From the NCBI GenBank assembly GCA_041652055.1, contig JBAZIE010000001.1, forward strand, positions 133,380 through 197,379: 64,000 bases of DNA, read 5' to 3'. This DNA is from Sulfurimonas sp. (GTDB taxonomy: Bacteria; Campylobacterota; Campylobacteria; Campylobacterales; Sulfurimonadaceae). A program made the translations under genes and the position numbers. Numbering within the stretch: position 1 is the first letter of the stretch; each line of letters opens with the position of its first letter. Below are positions 20,085 through 29,523 of the stretch, piece by piece. The notes below the pieces were generated by a model. The model had not been told where the DNA came from. It worked only from the letters and a program-made list of their open reading frames with translations, and ran no database searches.

Positions 20085-20090
20085 ATTTAA

Positions 20091-20831
20091 CTAATTTCCT
20101 CTAAAAAATATTCTAAATGCAAGATATATAACTATTAAAAGATAAAAACCTACTAATAATTTTTTTTGCACTACTGAATCTACCCTATCTTTAAGGTGTA
20201 TACCTACATAAACACCGACAAGTGACGATAAACCTATAACCGCGCCGCTGTAAAAATCTATCTCTCTGCTTAGCGAGTGGGAGATAAGTCCTGCAACTGA
20301 TGAAAAAACCACAAAAAATAGCCCAGCGGAGATTGCTTTTTTAAGATCTACATGCAAAAATCCGACTAAAATCGGAACAAGGATTATGCTTCCGCCGACT
20401 CCTATAAGCATGCTTAAAGTACCCAAAAACAGACCTATCAAAAAGAGAAAAACTTTGTTTATCTCTTTTTGTGTCGCCTCTACTTTTGTTTTAAAAAAGA
20501 GTCTGCCCAGCGCAAAAACAGCAAAAGCCAAAAATAGAACTTCCAACGCCTTATCATCGATGCTTGAAGCTATAAATCCGCTTAGCATGGCGCCAAAAAA
20601 ACCGCCGATTCCAATGGTTAAAACCATCGGAACATCCAAAGTTTTCTTTTTGTTGTTTAGGTAGCTTCCGTAGATTGAGCTAAAAACCATCTGAACTATC
20701 GAAATACCGATAGCATCTTTTATCGCATGCCCAAGCAACAAAAGCATTGGAACAAGTATAGTTCCGCCTCCAATACCAAAAAAACCGGACAATGTACCAA
20801 CGCCGATACCTAAAAAAATCAACTCAATCAT
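20091..20831 (-). CDS. TauE/SafE sulfite exporter family membrane protein
   Basis: Repeated GFFGIGGG / LIGVGGS..VP motifs; about 8 TMs. Confidence 0.88.
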   Translation of the reverse strand: MIELIFLGIGVGTLSGFFGIGGGTILVPMLLLLGHAIKDAIGISIVQMVFSSIYGSYLNNKKKTLDVPMVLTIGIGGFFGAMLSGFIASSIDDKALEVLFLAFAVFALGRLFFKTKVEATQKEINKVFLFLIGLFLGTLSMLIGVGGSIILVPILVGFLHVDLKKAISAGLFFVVFSSVAGLISHSLSREIDFYSGAVIGLSSLVGVYVGIHLKDRVDSVVQKKLLVGFYLLIVIYLAFRIFFRGN

Positions 20832-20928
20832 TATTAAAAACTTTTTTGCGAATTATAGCATTTTAAAAAAGAGTTTAATTTTACTTTGAGAATCAATAAA
20901 GTATAATCACCTAAATAAGGGTTACAGA

Positions 20929-21351
20929 ATGTTAAACATAATTATTGAAGCTTCGAAAAATTTTTGCATCCATCAAATCAGAGCGCCTCATGAGATAGTC
21001 GATAACTTGACACAAATGAGAACGCTTATTGCTTATATTGACATAGAAACTCTAAATGGCAAAAAACACAGAATCTATATTGGTGCGACGCCTAGTTTTG
21101 CACAGAGAATCTCGACACTCTTACTTGAAGAAGATGAGAGTGACGAGGATACTTTGATAGACATGACTCTTGAGACGACAAATCTCATAGTCGGAAGCGC
21201 TAAAGTGCTGGCTCAAGATGCAAGTGAATATGCATACACTATGTCAACTCCACACTTCGAGAAGATTGACAATTTTGATTTTGCGTATGACCAAGCAAAA
21301 GTTTTAAGAGTTGAAAATGATGAGATGATTATTGCCATCAAGGAACTATAA
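20929..21351 (+). CDS. CheX-like chemotaxis phosphatase family protein
   Basis: D..LETTNLIVGSAK (ExxN motif), STP; upstream of fliN. Confidence 0.7.
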   Translation: MLNIIIEASKNFCIHQIRAPHEIVDNLTQMRTLIAYIDIETLNGKKHRIYIGATPSFAQRISTLLLEEDESDEDTLIDMTLETTNLIVGSAKVLAQDASEYAYTMSTPHFEKIDNFDFAYDQAKVLRVENDEMIIAIKEL

Positions 21352-21690
21352 TTGAAAAAAAACAGACGTAACTACGGGGCTAAAGAGACAACTTTTAACC
21401 CAGAGGAGGAGCTCTCATGGATGGACTACTCCGGTTTGCTGGACATGGAGGTTGAATTTGTTTCCGACCTCGGCGAAACAGAGCTATCAATCGGCGAGAT
21501 ACTCAAACTAACAAAAGGCTCCATTATAGATCTTAAAAAACCTGCAGGCGAGAGTGTTGAGTCTTATGTAAATGGCCGTATTTTAGGCAAAGGCGAGGTT
21601 ATGGTTTATGAAAAAAATCTTGCAATTCGTATAAATGAGATTCTTGACTCTAGTGCAGTTCTATACCACCTCTCCAAAGAGAAACTATGA
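21352..21690 (+). CDS. fliN: Flagellar motor switch protein FliN
   Basis: SpoA domain LG.TELSIGEILKL..GSIIDL..AGE..VNG..GKGEV. Confidence 0.9.
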   Translation: MKKNRRNYGAKETTFNPEEELSWMDYSGLLDMEVEFVSDLGETELSIGEILKLTKGSIIDLKKPAGESVESYVNGRILGKGEVMVYEKNLAIRINEILDSSAVLYHLSKEKL

Positions 21691-22574
21691 TTAAACTACT
21701 ACTTCTATTTACAATTCCATTCTATCTGCATGCTTCAAAAATATTGAGCTACAACATCTATGACAGAACTGACAGAGTAGATGTTATGATTACTTTTGAT
21801 ACCCCGTATGAGGGCGTGATAAAGCAGAGTGTGGGTAGCTCGACAATTACTATAAAACTCCAAGACGCTTTCATTGAGTCCCCTAAAATAAAGCAACTAT
21901 CATCCAAATATATCAGCTCAATCTCTATAACTCCGATGGAAGATTACACGCAGATAATCGCAGAAGTGCCTCCCTTTGTAAACCTACAGGCTTCTAAAAC
22001 CTCTGATGCGTACGGTCTTAGACTAAGATTTACCGCAAATGCCGTCTCAAGCAGTGCAAAAACAGAGTCAAAAGAGCCTTTTGATAACTCGCTGGATGCT
22101 CTTCCAACAAAAAAAAGCGACGATTTATCGCAGAGTTATTATATTGTTTTAACAATACTGATTTTGGGAATCCTAACACTGTTTTATATTAAAAAGAAGA
22201 TTAAAACACCACAAAATAGACAAACTCAGCCGTCCTGGCTTTTTAAAGAGAGTAGTGAGCCTCAAAAAGAGGTTATGCAACAGCAACAACAAAATCTTAA
22301 CAATGTGACCATCAGATTTCAAAAAGCGCTTGATAGCCAAAACAGCGTTGTAATGCTTGATTTCGGTGAACAGAGCTATCTTGTACTTATGGGAAAGAGC
22401 AATATACTGCTTGATAAGTTTGCGGGTGATAAACCTGTTAGTGAAGATGATTTTAACTCGATTTTGCAAAGCAGACACAAAGAACTCGATAGTTTTTTAA
22501 ACAGTGATGGCGACTATAAAGAGTCTCTGCGTGCGTATAAAGAGAAGGCCGCTTCTATCTCTTATGAAGCTTAA
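21687..22574 (+). CDS. FliO-like protein (Campylobacterota type, with periplasmic N-terminal domain)
   Basis: Signal peptide, one TM, then IRFQKALDSQNSVVMLDF..YLVLMG; directly after fliN. Confidence 0.65.
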   Translation: MIKLLLLFTIPFYLHASKILSYNIYDRTDRVDVMITFDTPYEGVIKQSVGSSTITIKLQDAFIESPKIKQLSSKYISSISITPMEDYTQIIAEVPPFVNLQASKTSDAYGLRLRFTANAVSSSAKTESKEPFDNSLDALPTKKSDDLSQSYYIVLTILILGILTLFYIKKKIKTPQNRQTQPSWLFKESSEPQKEVMQQQQQNLNNVTIRFQKALDSQNSVVMLDFGEQSYLVLMGKSNILLDKFAGDKPVSEDDFNSILQSRHKELDSFLNSDGDYKESLRAYKEKAASISYEA

Positions 22575-23713
22575 GCTTCTACCTGAGTAGTAGTTCTCTC
22601 TTCTAGAAGTTTTCTAATCATAACAAGGTTAGATGCATTTAGCTTATACTTCTCATCCATCATTTTACTTATATGATAAACCTCTGTAATGGTTATGCCG
22701 TAAGGGTCTTTTTTCTCTCTGATAATCTTGTTATTATCATCATAAGAGTATAGATATAAAATCTTACGCGTCTGTTGTATATAGTATGTCAGAGTTATCT
22801 CATCAGTGTGTTTTTTCTCTAGTGCAACCATAACACGATGGTCATCTTTGTAGCTCTTGTCTAAACCAAGCTCTTCTCTAACCTCAGACGCATCAATATA
22901 GCCTATATAAAATTTATTATACAAGTCATGATATCTTTGAACTTTCTCGCTCATTAAAAAATTCATATCAATAATGAATTTTTTATGACTTCTTATCGTT
23001 TTTGTAATCCATGAGATGGTGTTGTAGTACCTAAACGGATGGAGTTTTAAAGAGTGTGCCTCTATCATCTTACTAGATTTAATTCTCTTTTTGGGCATAA
23101 GTTTTCTAGCATCCGTATCAACAATATAGTCAAGTACGCCCTTGGCTGAGAACCCCTCTGTAAGCCAAACAGTACAATATGGCGGCAACTGCCTGACACC
23201 GGTTGCGCCTTCGTTTAAAATGATAAGAGCTTTAATCTCATAATTTGGAAAGATTATCTCCAAGAGCGCTTTCTTCTTTCTAAGTCTTTTTCTTAGCTTT
23301 AAAACAGATTTTACTAGCGTCATCTCTACAAAATAGAGCTCTTTGTCTTTTGTAATAAGCATAGCGTCGAATTCGCTTATTTCTCTGCTTTTTGTTCTGT
23401 ATACAATCTGCTGTTTTTCACTTATAGAGAGCGTGTTTGCATGTGATTTTATTTTGTCTTGGTGAAAGCCTTTTAAGACAAATTTTTCAATTTCATCGTT
23501 TTCTACGGCATATATCAAGAGTTTTTCAAAAACATAATTTTCAAAAACTTCGCCCTCAAATGAACGGTATGAACTTAAAAAGTGCTGGTCATCAAAACTT
23601 ACACCTTTTCTAATAAGGGACAATAAATACTTTACATTATAGTCGTAGTGAAGAAGGTTGTCTCCTATGTCGCTCTCGTCTAGTGTCTTTATTGATTTAC
23701 TTATTTTTAACAA
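22571..23713 (-). CDS. Hypothetical protein with a PD-(D/E)XK-like motif pattern
   Basis: GEVFENYV...SEFDAML...LYFVEMT; no TM. Confidence 0.6.
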   Translation of the reverse strand: MLKISKSIKTLDESDIGDNLLHYDYNVKYLLSLIRKGVSFDDQHFLSSYRSFEGEVFENYVFEKLLIYAVENDEIEKFVLKGFHQDKIKSHANTLSISEKQQIVYRTKSREISEFDAMLITKDKELYFVEMTLVKSVLKLRKRLRKKKALLEIIFPNYEIKALIILNEGATGVRQLPPYCTVWLTEGFSAKGVLDYIVDTDARKLMPKKRIKSSKMIEAHSLKLHPFRYYNTISWITKTIRSHKKFIIDMNFLMSEKVQRYHDLYNKFYIGYIDASEVREELGLDKSYKDDHRVMVALEKKHTDEITLTYYIQQTRKILYLYSYDDNNKIIREKKDPYGITITEVYHISKMMDEKYKLNASNLVMIRKLLEERTTTQVEA

Positions 23714-24660
23714 ACTATCTCACTATTACTAAAAAAATTATCTAATGTGGCACGATACTCTTCTGGATCAACTATATGGTTTACACTGTTTCTAAGTGCA
23801 GAAGCTCCATTATATCCCTTAGAATATGTATGTATGTGCTTCCTAAACATAACTACGCCATGAGGACCATAAAATTCCATCATCTTGTCAAAATGTTCTA
23901 AGATTATATCATGCTTAATATTTTTGTCAATATTCTTAGTTCCGGTTTTTAGCTGATGAAAAATCCAAGGAGCACCAACAGCCCCGCGACCTATCATAAC
24001 TCCGTCTGCACCAGTATGTTCTAAAACCCACTTTGCTTTCTCGTAGGAGTCGATATCGCCATTTGCAATTACGGGTATCTTTATTGTCTGTTTTATCTCT
24101 GCAATTGCGTCATAATCGACTGCTGCAGTAAATTTTCCAGCTCTGGTTCTTCCATGAACTGCCAAAAAGTCAGCCCCGCTGTCTTCAACCATTTTTGCTA
24201 TTTCTATATGATTTTTCTTCTCAAAACCGAGTCTTATTTTGACGCTTGTATATTTTTTATTTGAAGTATCTTTTATAGTTCTGATAATATCACCCATTAG
24301 AGGAAGATTTAACAGAAGCGAGCTTCCGCTTCCATGTCCTACAACTTTTGGCACAGGACAGCCGCAGTTAAGGTCTATAACATCTATGCCGCCTTGCTCG
24401 TTTAATATCTCAACAGCGCGTCTTATAACATCAACTTCAGCACCTGCAATCTGAACGGAGTAAGGGTCCTCATTTGGACTTTTTTCTATCATGCTAAAAG
24501 TTTTTGAAGAGCCGTGGACCAATGCATTTGAGCTAAGCATTTCGCTCACCGTCAAATCGGCTCCGAATTTTTTTACTACACTTCTAAAAGGCAAGTCCGT
24601 ATAGCCCGCAAGAGGAGCTAAAACATAAATCGGCTTCTCAAAAGATAGTTTTTCAATCAT
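23707..24660 (-). CDS. dusB: tRNA-dihydrouridine synthase
   Basis: LAPLAGYTD, DLNCGCP, VKIRLG, VHGRT, ANGDI, GVMIGRG. Confidence 0.93.
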   Translation of the reverse strand: MIEKLSFEKPIYVLAPLAGYTDLPFRSVVKKFGADLTVSEMLSSNALVHGSSKTFSMIEKSPNEDPYSVQIAGAEVDVIRRAVEILNEQGGIDVIDLNCGCPVPKVVGHGSGSSLLLNLPLMGDIIRTIKDTSNKKYTSVKIRLGFEKKNHIEIAKMVEDSGADFLAVHGRTRAGKFTAAVDYDAIAEIKQTIKIPVIANGDIDSYEKAKWVLEHTGADGVMIGRGAVGAPWIFHQLKTGTKNIDKNIKHDIILEHFDKMMEFYGPHGVVMFRKHIHTYSKGYNGASALRNSVNHIVDPEEYRATLDNFFSNSEIVC

Positions 24661-24667
24661 TTATAAA

Positions 24668-25690
24668 TTATATAAAAAGATTGATGTCAAAGTGTTTGCC
24701 GCACTCTCTTAATGAACTATACGCTTTAAAATGTGCATATTCACCCGGTTGTGAAATATCTAGTATCTCTTTTGCCGGCGTCAACATCTCTAAATCAAAC
24801 AGAGTAAATAGATATGCTTCCGTTGCAGCATCATCCTCATTGCTCAGTGTCTCAAAAAGCTTAATTCTCTGTTCAGGAAGCATCGATTTTGAGAGTTTTT
24901 TAGATGCCTCAATATAATCCTCAGCAGTTAACTTTAAATCTTTAAAAAGGGAGATTAAAGAGTCGTTAGAGATAACTAATGTTTTGGTGTCGGCATTTAT
25001 TCTTGAGAGTATCACAAAAAGAGACTCTTTTGTAAGAGCATTTTTATATTTTTCGACAGCATTAAGCGGTGCACTCTTTACAAAATCTACATAAACCTCT
25101 TTGCGGAGGCTGATATCAAATTTATTCACTCCGTTTAAAATATCTTCAGCGCTGATGGTGCCTTTTTTATATCTGTTTCTATCATTTTGGATAACATAAG
25201 CGTTTGAGTACGGCAGAGAGTATCTTCTTAGATCAACAACTTCACCTTTTTTAATACTATTTATCGCGTTAAGAACATCATTTATTTTCTTGTTGTCAAC
25301 TTCAAAGTCAAAATTTTCAGGCGGAAAAATTGTTGCATTATCTACAAGATACCCAAGAAGTTTATACTTTTCTGTTTTAAACGAACTAGAGCGGTTCTCT
25401 TTTCCAAGATAAGCGTCAACTATAGACTCAACAATTCTATCATGATCCTTCTCATGTTTACGAAGCTTTAGAGCTCCAATAAATGAGTAAAATGACATAT
25501 GCGCAACACTTGCAATATATAATATGCTCAAAGGTATGATAACCAAAACAGCTATCGGCATTGATGGCAGTGTTAGTCCTAAAAACCCAATGCTTATACT
25601 CTCCTGAGTTACAAAAGAGTAAACATACCAGCCAACTACAACAATTAATATAAATGCCGCTATCGTGTATTTTTTTATGTGCATAATCAC
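24668..25690 (-). CDS. Conserved Campylobacterota membrane protein (2 N-terminal TMs)
   Basis: 340 aa ORF in the dksA-dusB position conserved in this lineage. Confidence 0.75.
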   Translation of the reverse strand: MIMHIKKYTIAAFILIVVVGWYVYSFVTQESISIGFLGLTLPSMPIAVLVIIPLSILYIASVAHMSFYSFIGALKLRKHEKDHDRIVESIVDAYLGKENRSSSFKTEKYKLLGYLVDNATIFPPENFDFEVDNKKINDVLNAINSIKKGEVVDLRRYSLPYSNAYVIQNDRNRYKKGTISAEDILNGVNKFDISLRKEVYVDFVKSAPLNAVEKYKNALTKESLFVILSRINADTKTLVISNDSLISLFKDLKLTAEDYIEASKKLSKSMLPEQRIKLFETLSNEDDAATEAYLFTLFDLEMLTPAKEILDISQPGEYAHFKAYSSLRECGKHFDINLFI

Positions 25691-25694
25691 TTCC

Positions 25695-26045
25695 TTATCT
25701 AGATTTTTCTACTATCTCTCTACAATCAATGCAGTATATCGCATGCGGCTTTACTTTTAATCTTTGAAAACCTATTGGGTCTTCACACATTTCGCATATC
25801 CCATAGTCACCTGTTACTATTTTTCCGAGAGTAACGTTAATCTCTCTTAATTCTTGCTCTTGCTGCTGCACAATAGCACTCTCTACCATTGAGCTGTTAT
25901 CCACAGATGCGTGGTCACCCTCATCGTTTAGCTCCATTGAGCTCAACTGATTTAGCTCTTCGTTTACACCTTTGATATTTTTAATGATTTGTTCTTTTCT
26001 ACTCTCAAGTATCTCTTTAAAGTATTTTAACTCACTCTCTTGCAC
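25695..26045 (-). CDS. dksA: RNA polymerase-binding protein DksA
   Basis: DEGD coiled-coil tip, YGICEMC..I..RL..P....CIDC zinc finger. Confidence 0.92.
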   Translation of the reverse strand: MQESELKYFKEILESRKEQIIKNIKGVNEELNQLSSMELNDEGDHASVDNSSMVESAIVQQQEQELREINVTLGKIVTGDYGICEMCEDPIGFQRLKVKPHAIYCIDCREIVEKSR

Positions 26046-26054
26046 TTACGTTCC

Positions 26055-26516
26055 TTATTTGTGATATGGGTGGTTGCTTAAAATTGAAAAACCTCTGTAA
26101 ATTTGCTCAAGCAATACAGCTTTTGCAATCTTATGACTCATGGTTATATTTCCCAAACTTATAACGGCATCACCTTTTTTTAAAAAGCTATCCTCAAAGC
26201 CGTAAGCTCCGCCTATGAAAAATTTAATCGCAATTTTACCATCTAATAGCTTACTAAATTCATAACTATCTATTATTTTTCCATCAGGATGCAATATAAC
26301 ACTAAAACTCTTAGATATGTATGGTTCTAAAAGTTTTGTATAAGCCTGTTTTGAGGCTTCAGGTGAGATAGTGTGTGCTTTTGTTACATCTTTGTTAAAA
26401 AGTTCTATATCTTCCACTTTTGCAAAGCGAGAAATCATTTTTTGAAGCTCTTTGTAGAGAGGGTCGTATGTGGAGTGCTCTTTCTTGGCAATCGAAACTA
26501 TCTCTATATTCACCAA
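26055..26516 (-). CDS. rlmH: 23S rRNA (pseudouridine1915-N3)-methyltransferase
   Basis: [28 protein letters not shown]. Confidence 0.95.
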   Translation of the reverse strand: MVNIEIVSIAKKEHSTYDPLYKELQKMISRFAKVEDIELFNKDVTKAHTISPEASKQAYTKLLEPYISKSFSVILHPDGKIIDSYEFSKLLDGKIAIKFFIGGAYGFEDSFLKKGDAVISLGNITMSHKIAKAVLLEQIYRGFSILSNHPYHK

Positions 26517-27073
26517 AGAAGCCCGCTTCCCATCACATGATAAGTAACATGTACAAATGTATCACTCTCTTTTACACCGCCTATTGCGGCAACATGATGT
26601 TTGGAAAAAGATGCAATATCATCTAGTTTTTCGCCGATAACACTCGAGACGTCATTTTTTGTATCTGTATTTCTGTATGCGCCCAAACCGATGTAGTTTA
26701 GATCCATCTCGTTTGCCTGCAAAACTTCTTCTTTGTTATGCGTGGATAAACCTAATATCTTATCTTTATTTATCACTTCTCTGAGAATTTTTGCGGCTTT
26801 AAATATATCTTCATCAATCGCTCTTAAATCGTCTTGCCCTACATGAACGCCATCACAAAACTCTACAAGCTCATAGGCGTCGTTTACTATCAAAAAACCG
26901 TCATATAGCCCTCTGATTTTAATAAGCTGCTGTTTTATAAATGCGACATCCGCATTTTTGTTTCGATACTGAATAATCTCTGCATTTTTTTGTTTTGCGA
27001 TATTGATAAAATCTTCTAGAGAGAGACTTTTTTTATCTAAGAGGTCTTGGTCACAAAGAGCGTAAAGACGCAT
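26510..27073 (-). CDS. thiE: Thiamine phosphate synthase
   Basis: [28 protein letters not shown]. Confidence 0.85.
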   Translation of the reverse strand: MRLYALCDQDLLDKKSLSLEDFINIAKQKNAEIIQYRNKNADVAFIKQQLIKIRGLYDGFLIVNDAYELVEFCDGVHVGQDDLRAIDEDIFKAAKILREVINKDKILGLSTHNKEEVLQANEMDLNYIGLGAYRNTDTKNDVSSVIGEKLDDIASFSKHHVAAIGGVKESDTFVHVTYHVMGSGLLW

Positions 27074-27918
27074 TACGCAACTTTTAACAGTGTCAGCAGG
27101 TCTGAGAGCGTCTTTTTGAGATCATTTCTATTTACAATCATATCAATAGAACCTTTTTCAAGCAAAAATTCCGCTCTCTGAAAACCATCTGGAAGAGCTG
27201 AACCTATTGTCTGCTCAATAACCCTCTGTCCTGCAAATCCTACAAGAGCACCCGGCTCAGCTATTATTATGTCGCCAAGTGTTGCAAACGATGCGCTTAC
27301 TCCGCCCATGGTTGGATCAGTTAGCACAGAGATATATAAAAGATTGTGTTTCGCCAATCTTGCAAGAGCTGCGGAGGTTTTGCTCATCTGCATCAATGAA
27401 AATGTGCTCTCCTGCATTCTAGCGCCGCCGCTGGCACTTAGTATAATCAACCCTTGTCTTTTCTCTATAGCACGATCAACTGCACGAACTATTTTTTCGC
27501 CCTCTACAGAGCCTAAAGAACCACCCATAAATGCAAAGTCAAATATTACTATCTGAGCGCTTACACCGTTCATTTTACACTCGCCGCTTACCACAGACGA
27601 AGTTTTTCCGGTTTTTGCATATGCTTCTTCTAGTCTCTGTTTATATGATATTTTATCCACAAATTTTAGAGGGTCAACCGGTTTTAAATTGCTGTCATAC
27701 TCCACAAAAGTGCCCTCGTCAGCCAAAAGCTCAATTCTCTCTTTTACGCCTATTCTTATATGAAAACCGCATTTTGGACATACATGTTTTTGGTTTTCAA
27801 CCTCTTTGTAATACATCAAAGATTGGCATGATTTACACTTTACCCAGTGTGCTGGAGCTTCGCTTTTAAGAGGTTCTTTTATATTTTTGTTTCTAGAAAA
27901 AATGCTCAGGAGGTTCAA
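27073..27918 (-). CDS. accD: Acetyl-CoA carboxylase carboxyltransferase beta subunit
   Basis: WVKC..C zinc finger, FMGGSLG, SGGARMQE, PTMGGVSASFA, GFAGQRV. Confidence 0.97.
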   Translation of the reverse strand: MNLLSIFSRNKNIKEPLKSEAPAHWVKCKSCQSLMYYKEVENQKHVCPKCGFHIRIGVKERIELLADEGTFVEYDSNLKPVDPLKFVDKISYKQRLEEAYAKTGKTSSVVSGECKMNGVSAQIVIFDFAFMGGSLGSVEGEKIVRAVDRAIEKRQGLIILSASGGARMQESTFSLMQMSKTSAALARLAKHNLLYISVLTDPTMGGVSASFATLGDIIIAEPGALVGFAGQRVIEQTIGSALPDGFQRAEFLLEKGSIDMIVNRNDLKKTLSDLLTLLKVA

Positions 27919-28007
27919 AAATTATCCTTTTTTATATAATGGCGGAAATTATATCGAATTTATACTTGATTTTTGTCAATTTTAAATATAAGGTACCTTT
28001 AAAAAAT

Positions 28008-28097
28008 AGATTGCCGCGCTTCGTTCGCAATGACAAGAGACCGTCGCAACGACAAAGCCCCAGTCACTGCGAGACTTCAAAGAAGTCGTGGCAGTCT
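28008..28097. repeat. Palindromic intergenic repeat pair (same family as 10368 and 17070)
   Basis: AGATTGCCGCGCTTCGTTCGCAATGAC (28008-28034) and GTCACTGCGAGACTTCAAAGAAGTCGTGGCAGTCT (28063-28097). Confidence 0.85.
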
Positions 28098-28135
28098 AAA
28101 ATTGGATTTTTCTCTATTTGATGACGCGGGATTTT

Positions 28136-29521
28136 CTATTTTAAAAGGGATTTTACTATGCTTCTAGCAGCTTCACGGCCATCAAATGCCGCTGTTACGA
28201 CCAAGTCGGCACCTCTGTAGCAGTCGCCTCCTGCATATATGCCCGAAGTTGTAGTCTCGTGAGTCTCTTCATTGATAATAATTCCGCCCCACTTGTTTGT
28301 CTCAATGCCGTTTTCCGCTAAAAACGACGGAACTTCAGGGTCAAAACCTAGCGACATTATTACAACATCTGCAGTTACTCTTGATTCGGTCCCTTTTACC
28401 TCTTCCATCTTTTGACGTCCGCTCTCATCTTTTGCGCCAAGAGCGGTTTTAACGACTTCAACAGCGATAGCTTCGCCTTTGTCGTTTAAGATAATCTGCT
28501 TTGGAGCGACAAAAAATGTAAAATCAACGCCCTCTTCCATTGCATTTTTATACTCTTTTTGACTTCCAGGCATATTGTGCGCATCACGGCGATAGAGACA
28601 AGTAACGCTTTTAGCACCCTCTCTTTTTGCAGTTCTTAGACAATCCATGGCAGTATCTCCTCCGCCAATTACGACTACATTTTTGTCTTTAAAGTCAAAT
28701 TTTTTATCATAAGAGGTTCTAAAATTCTTTCTCTGTATTGCGGTTAGATAATCCATGGCTTTATAGACGTTTGGCGCCTGCTCTCCGTTAATAGAAGCTT
28801 TTTTTGCCTTTGTAGCGCCCACACCTATGAACATAGCATCATGCTTAGCCGCTATCTCTTCAAAAGTTATATCCTTGCCCACTTCGCAGTTAAGAACAAG
28901 CTCCATACCAGCTTCAACAAGAAACTTTATACGGCGCTCAATAATTTTTTTGTCAAGCTTAAAGTTCGGAATTCCGTAAGTCATAAGCCCGCCTGCTCTA
29001 TCACTTCTCTCATAAACAGTAACTGCTATTCCTGAACGCAAAAGATATGTTGCAGCGGATAACCCTGCCGGACCGCTACCGATGATGGCTACTTTTTTAT
29101 CCGTCGTAATTCCCGGAAAATCAGGCTTATATCCTGCTTTAAATCCCTCTTCTGTAATATATGTCTCTACCGAGCCGATAGTAATAGCCCCATGACCGTC
29201 ATTAAGCGTACAATCGCCTTCACAAAGCCTGTCATGCGGGCAGACTCTGCCCATTACCTCAGGAAAAGGTGATGGCTCATTTGAGAGCTTAAATGCAAAC
29301 TCCAAATCTTTTTCGCTTACTGCTTTTAGCCACTGCGGAACATAGTTGTGAAGTGGGCATTTATTGAGACAAAAAGGGTCTCCGCACTGGATACATCTCT
29401 CGCTCTGAGTTGCAGCTTCGTTCTTGTCAAAAACCTCATAAATCTCACCGAAATCTTTTGTTCTCTCTACGACTAATCTTTTTCTTGCTTCAATTCTGTC
29501 AATTGTTAAATATTCTCTCAT
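28136..29521 (-). CDS. gltD: Glutamate synthase small subunit
   Basis: RCIQCGDPFC..CP, GRVCP..LCE..C, GSGPAGL, GGGDTAMDC, GADLVV. Confidence 0.96.
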   Translation of the reverse strand: MREYLTIDRIEARKRLVVERTKDFGEIYEVFDKNEAATQSERCIQCGDPFCLNKCPLHNYVPQWLKAVSEKDLEFAFKLSNEPSPFPEVMGRVCPHDRLCEGDCTLNDGHGAITIGSVETYITEEGFKAGYKPDFPGITTDKKVAIIGSGPAGLSAATYLLRSGIAVTVYERSDRAGGLMTYGIPNFKLDKKIIERRIKFLVEAGMELVLNCEVGKDITFEEIAAKHDAMFIGVGATKAKKASINGEQAPNVYKAMDYLTAIQRKNFRTSYDKKFDFKDKNVVVIGGGDTAMDCLRTAKREGAKSVTCLYRRDAHNMPGSQKEYKNAMEEGVDFTFFVAPKQIILNDKGEAIAVEVVKTALGAKDESGRQKMEEVKGTESRVTADVVIMSLGFDPEVPSFLAENGIETNKWGGIIINEETHETTTSGIYAGGDCYRGADLVVTAAFDGREAARSIVKSLLK

Positions 29522-29523
29522 GA

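Noticed and set aside
27939-28121. 60-aa ORF across the repeat
   Set aside because: It is a translation of the palindromic repeat and the accD promoter region, with no coding support
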